From positions 18,166,001 through 18,230,000 of the forward strand of contig OZ249448.1 of NCBI GenBank assembly GCA_965235115.1: a stretch of DNA of 64,000 nt, written 5' to 3'. A model generated the notes under the pieces. The model searched no databases. It worked only from the letters and a program-made list of their open reading frames with translations, and had not been told where the DNA came from. Position numbers and translations under genes: made by a program. This document shows, one piece after another, positions 1 to 13,400 of the stretch. The stretch comes from Laetmonice hystrix (lineage: Eukaryota). Numbering within the stretch: position 1 is the first letter of the stretch; each line of letters starts with the position of its first letter.

Positions 1-677
1 GCTTGCTTACATCAGCCACTCCAGATGTGCAACGTTCCCCTTCTCGACATGAAAGTATTGTTATTGATCGGGGGTATTCCCAAAAGCCAGCACAACCTAA
101 CCGTGATACGTTGTAAATAACACAAGGGACGAATAGAATGTGGATACATATCTGAGCTGGGAGCTGGGTGAAAATTGGGAATACGATGAGGTGATAGATG
201 TTCTCATTATACGTCTCCCACTCTAACCGAGCACTTATTGCCAATGTTTGTACCGCCTGGCTATGGCCACCTCTCTGACCCTTTCTTATGGATACATATA
301 TTAATATCTTAACAATGAATGCATCAACCACTATTCATTTACCACGATGCAACGTTATGAATGCCATTTACGCAGTGGTTGGTTTTTACTTAAGGGATCT
401 CCTTCTTATACGGAAAATAATGTACACTAATCGGATTTTCTTCTCCCGCTGCTTTTATCACAAAATTGCCTAGAATCCATATTCTGTATAATGTGATAGG
501 CATTATAGGGAATGGATATACCTTATCCAGAAAGAAGAGGTAGTGTAATTAGATCTCGATTATGCGCTGCTTCAAAATTCATGAATTCACTCAATAGAAA
601 CGCACTTCATTATGTCGTAAATGTAAAAAAAAGTTAACTAGCATTTCACGTATATGTCTATCTTTGTAAAAAGAATT

Positions 678-892
678 GGCCTAGGTCCGTTAGTCCGACA
701 GCCCAATAGTCCGACAGCCCACTTTGGCTGTCGGACCAATGGTCTATCGGACCAATGGGAAAATATAACTAACCCTAAACCTAACCTTAACTCTAACCCA
801 TAGTTTGTCGGACCAATGGGCTGTCGGACCAATGGGCTGTCGGACCAATGGGCTGTCGGACCAATGGGCTGTCGGACCAATGGGCCCACGCC
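678..892. mobile_element. 215-bp MITE, MULE/Mutator-type ends, with subterminal 16-bp tandem repeats
   Basis: Imperfect TIRs GGCCTAGGTCCGTTAGTCCGACAGCCC versus revcomp GGCGTGGGCCCATTGGTCCGACAGCCC. Flanks AAAAGAATT (669-677) and AAAGGAATT (893-901) form a 9-bp TSD with 1 mismatch. Five copies of GTCGGACCAATGGGCT at 807-886. GG..CC ends with a 9-bp TSD are the established MuDR/MULE signature. Confidence 0.75.
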
Positions 893-2283
893 AAAGGAAT
901 TCATACAGAAGCGCACGTACTACCAATAATTTAAGGATGCGAATGAAGAATGCCTTGGTACATATCTCCTGCGATAAAATCGGAAGAACAAATCGCACGG
1001 CATGGCCACGATGGTTGCAAAGCCGCACCCCAACCCAAATGTTTCAGAAACGTTAGGTATAGCACAATTGAGTGACAGGTTTTTCTGACAGTTTCTTTGT
1101 TACCTGGGGTGGGCGTGGAGACGTTTAGGTGACATGGTAAGAGCCTTTGTCGCGTGTTTCGTATAGGAGGTCATTATGTTGCCATGTGCAGCTATTTGAA
1201 CGTTAAAAGGGGACAGCAGCCAGGGTATGCAAAGGTACATGCGATGGTTGCTATACCAGCACGCGGCACAGAAAGGACAGCAGTTGGCACTGACATATGT
1301 GATATACCCCAAACCTTAACCAGATTAGGTGACAACGGGGGATCAGAGGAAGCCAACTGTTTGAAAGTCTGTGAGTTGCCTGGCAAATTCCTGCCTTGTT
1401 ATTGTGCCCTGTACCCGAGTAGCCCTTTGAGGGTTCGTAGGCCGGAGGGAGCTCTGCTTCTGGAAAGGATTGATAAGTTTTGCGCCGGCGATCTTTCATT
1501 GCTAGATGGATGGCAGAATGAGAACCCTGAGAGATATGGGATAACAATCACTGAATCCCAAATACAAAAGGCAGGGCTGGTAATCTCCTGTTTGTTTCAC
1601 GACACACACCGACGGTCGATCTGCCACAGGAGAATCTGCCCCCAAGTTTGCCACTTTATCACTGCTAGGAGACAAACGACAGCCATGGCGATTGTGTACG
1701 CAAACTTCCGACGATATGACTTCAAATGAACGATCAACCAAATAAAAGCTTGTCGTCAAAGCATTATAGGGTCCCGTAATTGAGGAATACTATCAGATAG
1801 GGCTTTCATAGTTCAACATTATTCAGATGGGAGATGGCACTGAGCAGGAATCTGTATCACCCCCCCCCCCCCCGTGTATGCTCAACCAGATAGTTGAGAG
1901 GCCTAGAGAATATTAAAAGTTGATTATCATGCAGTTATGGAGTGAGGCCTAAATAAGGTGTCTTATTGGTAAACGTGAGCTGTTTGTCTCAGAGCGAGCT
2001 ATATCAGGTAATCCTAGGGCTTAATAGTTGTATGAGACTAAAACATGTTTTATCCCCGCTCCATTTTTATATCCCCCCCCCCCGGTCTTTTGTTATAAGT
2101 ATAATTTTGTTGACATTGAATAACAGTTTCATCTAGCCTATATATTTCATGTCTGTGTCATAGAATCGATATGTTGACAGGGGCATGAACGCCCACATGC
2201 CTATATGTATACAGATCTCCTTATTAAGATGGAATGACTGCAAATATCTACTCTATACCTTGTCTAGCGCCGTTCTCCGATGT

Positions 2284-2403
2284 CAGTGGCGTGCGTCAGA
2301 GCTTACAACCATGTAGGCCGAGTTGCAAGCACAGCGCGACCAAATATAGATGTCGACTTCATTTCCCGCGCGCCAAAAAACGTCGGCTGAAATCACGCCA
2401 CTG
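2284..2403. mobile_element. Possible 120-bp hAT-like MITE remnant
   Basis: Perfect 10-bp inverted ends CAGTGGCGTG...CACGCCACTG. No 8-bp TSD is recognisable. Confidence 0.35.
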
Positions 2404-3774
2404 AAACGCTGCGAAAGAGGCGGCGTCCCTGGCGCTCGCTTGTTGTGACTCCAGCATACGAGGACTAGTGATGTCTGTCATACTAAATACATCGGCAGAT
2501 AAAGACAGCCCCCCCCCCCCCGTCACCACCCTCCTTGGCTGTCATGTCTGTAAAACCTGCCCCCAGTGGCACGGCTGTCTTACGTCTTCAGTCTTAATCA
2601 GACAGAAACCGTAGAAAATGTTTACTTTTGTCAGCGTTTAACAAAAGCGCCTTTTTTTTTGGGGGGGGGGGTTCTAATTTTTTTAATTTCAAATACCTTC
2701 ATGATGAGAGGTACTTACTGTTCTATCTCGTTCTCATTGATAATTATTTGTCTGGACACACATCACCACCACAGCTATACGCAGGACTACACATATTAAA
2801 AGCCCAGGAACACTATATTAACACACTTAATTTCGCAGTAGACTCTGAAATTGCTACGAGAGTGCATTAGTCACCCAATGTGCCCCAGGTTTAAATGCTC
2901 ATGGTTGAAATGACTAAAAGACTCGTAGTGTAGTTCGGCTACAGATGGCAGGGACGATAGGAGAAGGTATAGATGGAGTTATAGACCGGTAGAAGGCCTG
3001 TGGCTGCGGTTTGGCCGGGGTTCTACTGGTCCTATATACTGACGTATGTGGACGGTATACCTCTATATATGGACGTGGTGTTAGCTGTCGGCGCCAGGCA
3101 GCGCAGGGCCTGGTGATGGATGAACATCGGAATCCTGACTGGGCAAGCTTTCTGCCAGCGTTACCGGTGGTAAAATAGTGATAGAGACAGGGTCAGCCCA
3201 GCTGGGGCAGCCTGTGGCACAAGTCGGGCCCCCACGGTGGGTGCCAACGCCCGTTGAGAGACGGCCACTAATTGGTTCGCTGGCCTCAGAGCCGTCTCGT
3301 GAGAGCCACGTAGGTACTCGACACAACACCGCTATTGTCTGAACGCCATGCAAAGTGGGCGGCATTGTTTTTGAAAAACATTTGGCGCACCAGGCCAACA
3401 ACGGCCTCACATTAGCTTAATGGTGTCTCAAAGCGAGAGAGTCCCATCGACGATAGAGCAGGTTAATTGAACAGGGAATGGATGTCGCCCAACTAGAAGA
3501 CAATATAAATTGATTATCTGGCACGAGTCGGACCACCTTGGGCCGGGTATATGATATAATGTATCCTCCCATTCCCTGGGGCTCAGTATCTAGAGGCATA
3601 CACTATTACGTATACTCCAGGCGTCTGGCTCGTGAACCACTAGCCCGTGGGAACCTAGACGGGCTGTTGCGATTGGCTGAGAACGGGTCCAGGAAATAAA
3701 CGATCATGTACAGGGAAAGACATTCGTCGAGCCAGTGACAGGGATTAGTACGGTAACAATCAGCTACTTTGATA

Positions 3775-4505
3775 GGTCACCTGCTACAATTACATTTTTT
3801 AATATACTACTTACGGTGACAACCTGCGCGGAAGGGTTGCTACTATAGCGGACTGACATGGCTGGTCGCCTGCTCCTGTTAATTTTTTTAATATACTACT
3901 TACGGTGACAACCTGCGAGCTAGGGTTGCTATATGGCTGGTCACCTGCTACAATTACATTTTTTAATATACTACTTACGGTGACAACCTGCGAGCTAGGG
4001 TTGCTATATGGCTGGTCGCCTGCTACAAATACATTTGTTAATATACTACTTACGGTGACAACCTGCGAGCTAGGGTTGCTATATGGCTGGTCACCTGCTA
4101 CAATTACATTTTTTAATATACTACTTACGGTGACAACCTGCGCGGAAGGGTTGCTACTATAGCGGACTGACATGGCTGGTCGCCTGCTCCTGTTAATTTT
4201 TTTAATATACTACTTACGGTGACAACCTGCGAGGTAGGGTTGCTGTATGACTGGTCGCCTGCTCCAATTACATTTTTTAATATACTACTTACGGTGACAA
4301 CCTGCGAGGTAGAGCTCCTATATGGCTGGTCGCCTGCTACAATTACATTTTTTAAATATACTACTTACGGTGACAACCTGCGAGCTAGGGTTGCTACTAT
4401 AGCGGACTGATATGGTTGGTCGCATGCTTCAATGAATTTTAATTTACTACTTATGATGACATCCTCCGAGATAGGTTTGCTACTATAGCCGACCGACATG
4501 ACTGC
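3775..4505. repeat. Minisatellite array of two unit types (75 bp and ~89 bp), about 9 units
   Basis: The anchor CTTACGGTGACAACCTGCG recurs at 3810, 3899, 3974, 4049, 4124, 4213, 4288 and 4364, with a diverged copy at 4450. Confidence 0.95.
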
Positions 4506-4758
4506 TAAACAACCATTCGCTTCTAATCTTGTCCACATACATTGTATGGTAGAGTGGTAGGACATATCACACTTCACAGCAAGCTATCCTTGGTGAAATA
4601 AATGCCTTGAATGTTTAAAATACGGCAGGGCCAGATCCACTAGGACAGACACCACAGTGAACTCATAAATAGTTCCCATTGGAAACTGATGTTTTTATAA
4701 CATGATGAATGTCGCAGTTACTCTTGGATCGGAGCTCTCATTTTTTTGCCGTTGTAAT

Positions 4759-4917
4759 TTATTACTTGGCTAATGGAGATACCGCTATAGACCTTTGTAA
4801 CTTATTACTTATAGCTAATGGAAATAACGCTATAAACCTTTGTAACTAATCACTTATAGCTAATGGAAATAACGCTATAAACCTTTGTGACTTATTACTT
4901 ATGGCTAATGGAGATAT
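4759..4917. repeat. 45-bp tandem repeat, about 3.5 copies
   Basis: GCTAATGG recurs at 4769, 4814, 4859 and 4904. Confidence 0.9.
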
Positions 4918-5427
4918 AAAGCCATGAAAGGCGTTCACACGTGCTTATGAGTTATGGAATTCCTTATCTCTTATAAGATAAGTGTTCCTTCTGTAAGTAT
5001 AATTCATAAGTATCAAAGTAACTATTCAGTAGTGACTATCCATCACTTAATTTCGAAGTAATGAGAAAATACAAGTGTGTTTGAGACTGTAGAGATATTG
5101 ACATCCTAGCATACTCACTGACATTGAAAAAGTAAATTCAACATATTTCATAATATACAATGCTAATCCAGTGTGGTGGCCAAATTGGTACATAGAATAG
5201 AAGCCACATATATCGTGCCCTTCAGGCGTCCTTTCTACCGAACGATGGAGTTCTCATCTAGTTGTTGGATGCCAATCAGTCTTTAACTACGATTAAATGC
5301 TCGCCGCAAGGGCGACACTTGGACCATAATCCTCACTGAAAGCTTTTACTTGTAACCTTTCTACCGGAAAGGGAGACCAATTGTCTGTGCTTATATTCTA
5401 CACTCGCAGTTCCAACCCGTTCCTGGA

Positions 5428-5461
5428 GCCACCACCCCCACCTCCACCCCCACCACCCCCA
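5428..5461. repeat. (CCA)n-type trinucleotide repeat
   Basis: CCACCACCCCCACCTCCACCCCCACCACCCCCA. It produces the poly-Pro run of ORF 5381-5590. Confidence 0.8.
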
Positions 5462-5847
5462 CGAGCTTGTCCTGATCGGCTGAAGAACAAAGCATGTGTA
5501 GTCAAACAGAGGATTCTAGATAAATGGTACTTTTCCAGGTTGAAAAAAACAGATCTATTCTGTGAACGCATTACAGGTTTTTATGGGTAAAAAGGGCATT
5601 TGAAATGGCCTAATAGCCATTGTCGAGGTCCGCGAGTCATGGCTTGTTTACAGCGGTCTAAAACTGTGTTGACGACTATTACGATGATTAATTCTGCAAG
5701 TATGGAAAACAAGGCGCGAAACTCATGGCTGGCCATTTATTAACTATTCGTGTGTGACGCTCCCAAAATAAAACACAGGGCATCACGATCATGGAATGGC
5801 GCCTCTTTGATCCATAAGGAAATTGAAGAATGTGATCTGAATAAATG

Positions 5848-7280
5848 GTGAAAACAGTGGAGCATCACTCGGGTGTAGGTGTAGGTTAACCCCTGTGGTC
5901 TGGTCGAGTTGCCGTCAGTAATTGTGAAAACAGTGGAGCATCACTCGGGTGTAGGTGTAGGTTAACCCCTGTGGTCTGGTCGAGTTGCCGTCAGTAATCG
6001 TGAAAACAGTGGAGCATCACTCGGGTGTAGGTGTAGGTTAACCTCTGTGGTCTGGTCGAGTTGCCGTCAGTAATCGTGAAAACAGTGGAGCATCACTCGG
6101 GTGTAGGTGTAGGTTAACCTCTGTGGTCTGGTCGAGTTGCCGTCAGTAATCGTGAAAACAGTGGAGCATCACTCGGGTGTAGGTGTAGGTTAACCGCTGT
6201 GGTCTGGTCGAGTTGCCGTCAGTAATCGTGAAAACAGTGGAGCATCACTCGGGTGTAGGTGTAGGTTAACCCCTGTGGTCTGGTCGAGTTGCCGTCAGTA
6301 ATCGTGAAAACAGTGGAGCATCACTCGGGTGTAGGTGTAGGTTAACCGCTGTGGTCTGGTCGAGTTGCCGTCAGTAATCGTGAAAACAGTGGAGCATCAC
6401 TCGGGTGTAGGTGTAGGTTAACCCCTGTGGTCTGGTCGAGTTGCCGTCAGTAATCGTGAAAACAGTGGAGCATCACTCGGGTGTAGGTGTAGGTTAACCT
6501 CTGTGGTCTGGTCGAGTTGCCGTCAGTAATCGTGAAAACAGTGGAGCATCACTCGGGGGTAGGTGTAGGTTAACTCCTGTGGTCTGGTCGAGTTGCCGTC
6601 AGTAACAGTGGAGCATCACTCGGGTGTAGGTGTAGGTTAACTCTTGTGGTCTGGTCGAGTTGCCGTCAGTAATCGTGAAAACAGTGGAGCATCACTCGGG
6701 TGTAGGTGTAGGTTAACCTCTGTGGTCTGGTCGAGTTGCCGTCAGTAATCGTGAAAACAGTGGAGCATCACTCGGGTGTAGGTGTAGGTTAACCTCTGTG
6801 GTCTGGTCGAGTTGCCGTCAGTAATCGTGAAAACAGTGGAGCATCACTCGGGTGTAGGTGTAGGTTAACCTCTGTGGTCTGGTCGAGTTGCCGTCAGTAA
6901 TTGTAAAAACAGTGGAGCATCACTCGGGTGTAGGTGTAGGTTAACCCCTGTGGTCTGGTCGAGTTGCCGTCAGTAATTGTGAAAACAGTGGAGCATCACT
7001 CGGGTGTAGGTGTAGGTTAACCTCTGTGGTCTGGTCGAGTTGCCGTCAGTAATCGTGAAAACAGTGGAGCATCACTCGGGTGTAGGTGTAGGTTAACCTC
7101 TGTGGTCTGGTCGAGTTGCCGTCAGTAATCGTGAAAACAGTGGAGCATCACTCGGGTGTAGGTGTAGGTTAACCTCTGTGGTCTGGTCGAGTTGCCGTCA
7201 GTAATCGTGAAAACAGTGGAGCATCACTCGGGTGTAGGTGTAGGTTAACCCCTGTGGTCTGGTCGAGTTGCCGTCAGTAA
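5848..7280. repeat. 76-bp minisatellite, 19 copies
   Basis: The unit GTGAAAACAGTGGAGCATCACTCGGGTGTAGGTGTAGGTTAACCYCTGTGGTCTGGTCGAGTTGCCGTCAGTAATC repeats near-identically. One junction near 6605 has a 9-bp deletion. Confidence 0.98.
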
Positions 7281-7729
7281 GATCTACACCTAGTGTTGGG
7301 GCCGCCCTCCAACCATATCGATCTGCAGATATCCGTCCTAAGTGACTCAACATAAACATAAATAGCAGCACAATGAATCAGACTGTCAGACTGCGACCTA
7401 AGGAGAATCACTGATGTGGAGTACTGTGGATGGGAACACTTTGCGGGCCAGTAAAGCAGCACAACACGTGATTTGTGCGTCATTTCCGGTCTTTTGGCCG
7501 ACCATCAAGCCGTCTTTATAATCATGATGGATGTTCTCTCCCGTATCGATAACCATTGAAATAGTCCTCAGGAAATAAAGAGTGGTTTATGATTGAAGGT
7601 GGTATTATTGGAGGATGTTAAATTTCTCTCTCTAACACATGCAGCTAACTAATTGGTTTATTGATTTATTATTTATATGTATTTATTAATTTTATTGATT
7701 TGTTATTTGCTCGTGCTTCATTCTTCTGC

Positions 7730-7770
7730 TTTTGTTTGTTTGTTTGTTTGTTTGTTTGTTTGCTTGTTTT
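7730..7770. repeat. (TTTG)n microsatellite
   Basis: Directly visible. Confidence 0.9.
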
Positions 7771-8625
7771 CTGGTACGCCTATAGAACTGTTCAGGAGGA
7801 ATCCTTGTGCCATTTTATCTATCACGCACACATAGATTAGCCTTCTGTGAGTGGTATATTACACCATGGCAACCAACCACAATAAACATGAGTGTGTTAT
7901 GTAACAGTTAACAATTTCATCAGCATTGTTCTACGATAACAGGCAATGGGATCTGTAAGGAATTATAATCACGCAACCGGAGCTACCCGAGACAGCGAAC
8001 TGCTGCTGTATTTGGTAATCGGTGGTTTACTGGGTCACTCCCACGGGTGGAAGTTATGACCTTGCGGTCAGCACGCTGTCATTGACGTCACAATCAATCA
8101 ACATGTACGATGTAATCAAGTTACATGGTATAACATTCGACAACTACCTATGTACCGTAGTGTGAGTGTCCACCGCCGGGGGGCGCCCTCATACATACGG
8201 AGGGCCAAATGATATAAGTCGGCCGGTGTCTAACGGGGGGTAGGCACGAAACTCAATATTGGAAACTTGATGGTGCGGCTTGGACGCCAGCCAGGCGTCG
8301 GTCGGGGCAGGTCGTTACACCTCAAGGAACGCTCAGGAGGGAACCTAGTCTCGGAAAGTCTCCAGGGATAAAGGGCCTGTGGCCGTTTGCTTGATTGCAT
8401 GTCTGGAGTGGTAATGGGTCATTACTGGGATGTGGATGCCGGTCTGCCTGTATGGGCGAGCCCTGAGCGGCGGTTGATTTTTTCTCGTCTTTTTTATCAT
8501 TCGGACATGACAGCCCTCATTGCTAAGAGACGCCCTGCCTCCTAGCTTACCTTTGTATGCCGGTAAAAGTTGGATCGACACATCTTGGCACCAGTATATG
8601 GTAGCATAACGTGCACGCACCCATT

Positions 8626-8644
8626 TCTCTCTCTCTCTCTCTCT
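8626..8644. repeat. (CT)n microsatellite
   Basis: Directly visible. Confidence 0.85.
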
Positions 8645-10283
8645 GTGAGTGAGAGTACATTGCCTGATATCACGTTCATTGTTTGAATGAACAATGCCAA
8701 TCAATTAATTCAGACATTAAGGCAAAAGCTCAGAACATTATGTTGATGATCGTGTTTTTGATTTGGGAGTTGGCCATATGCACTATTCTGTACCCAAGGT
8801 TTGCACGAATTATACACCAGCCACTGGACACTATACGACACAAAATATAACTGATCTAGAGTACATGTATTTAGTGTTTGTGCACATGCTAGATGTATCC
8901 TAAACATGGACAAGGTCACCTTCATCTTGTGGTCAGTATTCTCCCTGGAGTATTTCTTTTAAGTGACATAAAACCAGAGTAGTATTTTTGAGACTACATG
9001 TATAACATATTATATAGAAGATGGCGTGATTGGCTGAATTCTAACAGAATCGAAATCCACCCATCAGGACAGGCCCTGTCAGATATCCTCCAGGGGGAGG
9101 AACTTGAAACTGACTCACGTTTTTCAAATTAAGTTTTTACGCCGTTGTCATTATTGACAATACTCTCCTAATGGAATCTCACATCGATATTTTTCGATAT
9201 TCTTCCCAAGATATGTAAGAGCTGTCAGTGTTATTTCTTGCCCATACAACGTTCGGTAACTTCACTGAGCCGTACCACAGGTGGATGTGGGCGGTAGCAC
9301 TCATATACTACAATTATCTCCAAGGCTCGTGGCTACAAGTAGCAATCGTCTGGCCGTGCTATGAAGCCTAAGATGGAATTACGAATGCTGATCGAATGTA
9401 GTGAGCGCCGAAACTACCGACAGGCAAGCTGAATCCCCCCCCCCCCCCCACTCCCCCGCCCTCCAACCCACTCCCCGCCGGTGTTTATGTCCAGACTGAA
9501 GTCGAATCAATTGCTGCAAATGACGCCAACGGACTCCGTCAGGCCCGACGCTGCCTGCATGCTAAAAACAACCCACTGGAATTCGAAATCTGTGCTTTCC
9601 ATAAGCTACCCTATCCGCAACCAAAGGGTGGTTGAGCGTTTGACGTGGAAATGCTATTTAACCAAACAAGATGGCCGTCTAGGCCTCGCTTTCGGCTTCA
9701 CATGCATCTCTATGACGCCATGATAAAATGTGGGCGTCCTAAATCCGCTTTCAGCTGGATATAATTAAAAGTTGCTTACATAATTGTTTTGACATTTTGA
9801 AACGTGACGCGGTAACATGTCAGGTTATATTTTACTCAGGCAGTTGTTACGAAGGCGACCGAATACTCCATGATTCACGCAACTTAAAATACACACCTCC
9901 CTGCCACTACAGAGTCGAAATGCCACGCAGGCATGTCAATTTCCCACTGGTTCTGCACACATGCGCACCATGCCTTTTACCAAAGCGACAAAAACTCTGC
10001 GCTCACAGATAAAAACAATTTTAATTGATGATGATAATAATAGGTTCATTTCATGTCTCTTTTTGCCTCTTCCGCGGAAAGGATACTAATTTGCCATGGT
10101 TTAGATAAGCCTTGGAGAGTAGCACTTTCCTAGTCATCCTGCCTGACAGTGTACAATCGGTTGAATATGCTGCGTTGGCTTTGAAGCCTAATCTCCCCCC
10201 GCCCCCCAAATTATTGCAACACACCTATAGATCGTGGCCTTGTTCGCGCTTCCCGAATTGCCAGATCCAGCAAATGCCAGCAA

Positions 10284-10411
10284 TCCAGCAAAGACGTTTT
10301 TGCAACGCTGGTGAATGTGTTTTCACCGGTATAAACGTTGCAACGTTGGTGAATGTGTTTTCACCGGTAAACGTTGCAGCAACGTTAGAGGAACGTCATG
10401 TGTTTGCTGGG
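10284..10411. mobile_element. 128-bp MITE, CMC/EnSpm-like
   Basis: Ends TCCAGCAAAGAC...GTGTTTGCTGGG (revcomp CCCAGCAAACAC) are flanked by AA on both sides, consistent with a 2-bp TSD. The interior has two 36-38-bp units, each with GGTGAA/TTCACC and AACGTT palindromes. Confidence 0.65.
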
Positions 10412-13400
10412 AAGTGGCAGGGTAGCGCAGGGGCCGGCGTTACTTGCGGTCTTGGAAGACTGCCCAGTTGCATACGTTCTGTCAATCTACCTGTACGACG
10501 GACGCTGCATGGAATGGCGCGCGGGAGCAGACGACAGGTAATGAACGCTGAGTGCAGCACGCGCCACAGTCGAAAGGCTCCAGCGTCTGTCTACTGAAAC
10601 CCGCCTTATATAGAACTGGCCATCTAATCAGGCAGAGGGAAAGACCGAGCACCCCCCTCCCGCGCAATTCTTTTTTGTTGTTTTTATCTTCTAATTTCTC
10701 TCCCCTTCTCTATAGTTTGCATTTTAGTGCACTGAACCTTCCCTACAAATAATTAGTATCTCGTTTTGAAGCGTCATCTTCATTTAAACATTGTCGCGCA
10801 TGATATGAACAAAAAGGACCGTGCATTATACTTATTTTTATATTGACGCTAACGTCATAAGTCTCACTTTACCGTTTTAGGTTGCTGTATAGTAATTAAA
10901 GTCTTTTTAGGGGCACTTTAGTGTGTTCTCATATTCACAAGACAGCGCTGCGAATAGTTGGTTGTGCTTCCTACTAAGTGAAACATGTATATTTGGGTTC
11001 CTGTTGGTGCACGCCAATCTCTCAAATGAGATGCGCCTTGCCCGACAAGGGAATTGGTGCTGCTTCCGATGTAAAGGATGCCACTCGTCTAACACGCCAA
11101 CCCGGACCGGCTTTACATAATCGATCTTTACAGTCGTCTCCACTGCACCCTCTCTATACCTACCTATTAGTCGGTCTAGAAATTTTATACCCAGCATTCG
11201 ATTAGGAAAGATTCGCTCATGATTATTTCTGAAATGCCTCTGATGTTTCAGTATCATATTGATACAGCATCAGAAAGGTAGAAAGTGGGTCTCTGATATA
11301 CATGACATAATCAGGTCATATTCCGATCATGTCCGGAGTAAACCCGTCCAGTTTTTTATATCGTCGGCAATTATAGAAGCTACTTTCCCATACGTTTTAT
11401 CCCGACATTGATCGGAATTAAAGAGCAAATGGATGTTTAGATTTGATCTTCCTATGTGTGCTGTAGTGATTACTCTTTAAACGAGTATCCCCTAGACGCA
11501 CTTTAATGTATGATTTAGTAAAGTCCTCAGAGCTCTCTGAGCTAGTTTTATTATACTCAACGGGTAGTGAAGAAACATATGTCACTCTCATACTAGCTAC
11601 ACATACAACTCGTAATTCCTTAGTAAAAGGGAATTTAACGTCTCGTTTACGGTATAAGGCCTATGTCTGCTATATACTGCTGTAATGATTTTGCCCCCGC
11701 TCCCAGTCCCTGACGGTCCTCGAGTAATCACGATAATACAGTTACTCGCAGACTAGACTGTATTTTCTGCTATTCTTAGAACGCAGACTGCCACAGTTGG
11801 TCTCCGTAATTTCCCTGAGGGTCTGCTGGGTATTAGGTACTGTTTTTGGTAAAAACACGGAAAATTAAAATACTTTCCGAAAACCACCTAATTCCAGTCG
11901 GTGAACCAGCAAAAATAAGTTTGTTACCCTAAAGGAGTTTTTGCTTGTGCCAGGATGCAAACCATTTACTATGAATGTAATAAACATAATTAAAAGCTCC
12001 AAAGATACATCGGCGAGGTAACGATAAGTGCATTTAAAGTATTACGTCGTGGAAGAAACGCCGTAAAACGTAAACCGTTTATGACAACCATATCCAACGA
12101 TAGGAATATATATGTCCACCTGCAGAGTTCCGGCCATCATAATTCAACATGCGCTATTACTATGTAACATGAGTGCATCCATAATTGTGAAGAGAATACT
12201 GCGCCCTCCTACAGATGATCCCTTTGGACAATAACTTAGGTTTCGATGTGAAATATTTGATGTCTGACCCACAGTTGTGTTGAGATTTGTCTGATAACCT
12301 TGCCGTAAGTTCGATATGACACCCGGCACTTACAATGATTGTGCCGATCACCAGCAATGACCAGCTCGTCCCTGACGTGTCACCTTTAACTCACCAACCT
12401 GCCAACCACCTCCCAGGAAACCACTGCCGAGGTGGTCGGCGCAGGTGGCCAACCTCCTCCCTGGTGACCCAACTAAACCTGATTGGTCAGGCGGGTCGCA
12501 TTCAGTCACTGGTCCCGAGAAAACGTAAATTATCGCTGACGTGTGTCATTATCAGCACATGGGTGTGTAAGGAGAAATTCTGGCCTGATATCGGCGATAT
12601 TGTATTGGTAAGGACAGAATGTCCCCTCTGGAATAAGGGCATCCTAATCTGAGATTTATGTAGAGTAGATGCCTGGTTTTAACATAGCATCAATTTGTTT
12701 TTGCACCCGTATTATCTACGTTCTTGGAAGGTCGACAGCCTCACCGCTAATCATTTAATATAAACAACCGGAAGAGATATTACCACACTATTTATCGCTA
12801 TTTCCGAGAATACAACGAGATCATATGTTTGATGTTTGTCTGAGTCATGTAAATAACTAATGTCGGCCTATATGTGGAAGATTACCAGTCAGCTGGCTTT
12901 TTATTAAGCTGATCGTTCATTCTTTGTATTTTAGAGTACGTTGCAAGGATGATATATAAATGAGTAGCTGAGTATCCAATGTAAGATCCTACTTCTCCTT
13001 TTAATGTTACATTTTTAAACCCAATGCCATAATGGTAGTGGTCAAGAGAATGACGCCGTTTTAATTAATTCGGTAATTAAAACCTCGGCTTACTCCTGGT
13101 ATAGACGATTAAGGGGAGTGGATCTGAAAATAAACAACATGGGCACGGTAGTTTACGGTAGCGAGACTTCGGTATTGTTGATTATACTCTACTGGAATAA
13201 TGTCAAATACAAGAAAATTCAAAATTTGGTGTTTTCGTTTCCGGATTTTATCTCGTCTCACGGCTCATAGTAACGAGGAAAACAGGCACAACAGAACAAT
13301 GGAAACGTTGATTGTTACTACCTGTATACCGTCCAGTGGAAGGGCGCATTGCGTGCAATGCATGGCCCATTATTATTGAGTCTTTGTGGGGTTTCAAGCC

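Noticed and set aside
769-799. Telomere-like tract as a chromosome end or fusion scar
   Set aside because: It is short, degenerate and internal to a MITE.
1154-1729. 191-aa ORF with GHYV (USP His-box-like) and upstream GKSLC words
   Set aside because: It has no ATG start and no further domain motifs. Roughly one ORF of this length is expected by chance in six frames of 64 kb.
3811-4410. Repetitive-peptide ORFs (SSILKNVIVAGDQPYSNPSSQVVTV)n and the opposite strand
   Set aside because: They arise only because the 75-bp unit is divisible by 3, and they break at the 89-bp units.
5848-7280. Regular arrays (76, 62, 50, 40 bp) as CRISPR arrays
   Set aside because: The whole unit repeats with no unique spacers, there are no cas genes, and the context is eukaryotic.
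9018-9036. YY1 (AAGATGGCG) plus CCAAT motif as a promoter
   Set aside because: No downstream exon is identifiable, and such short motifs are common in TE ends and by chance.
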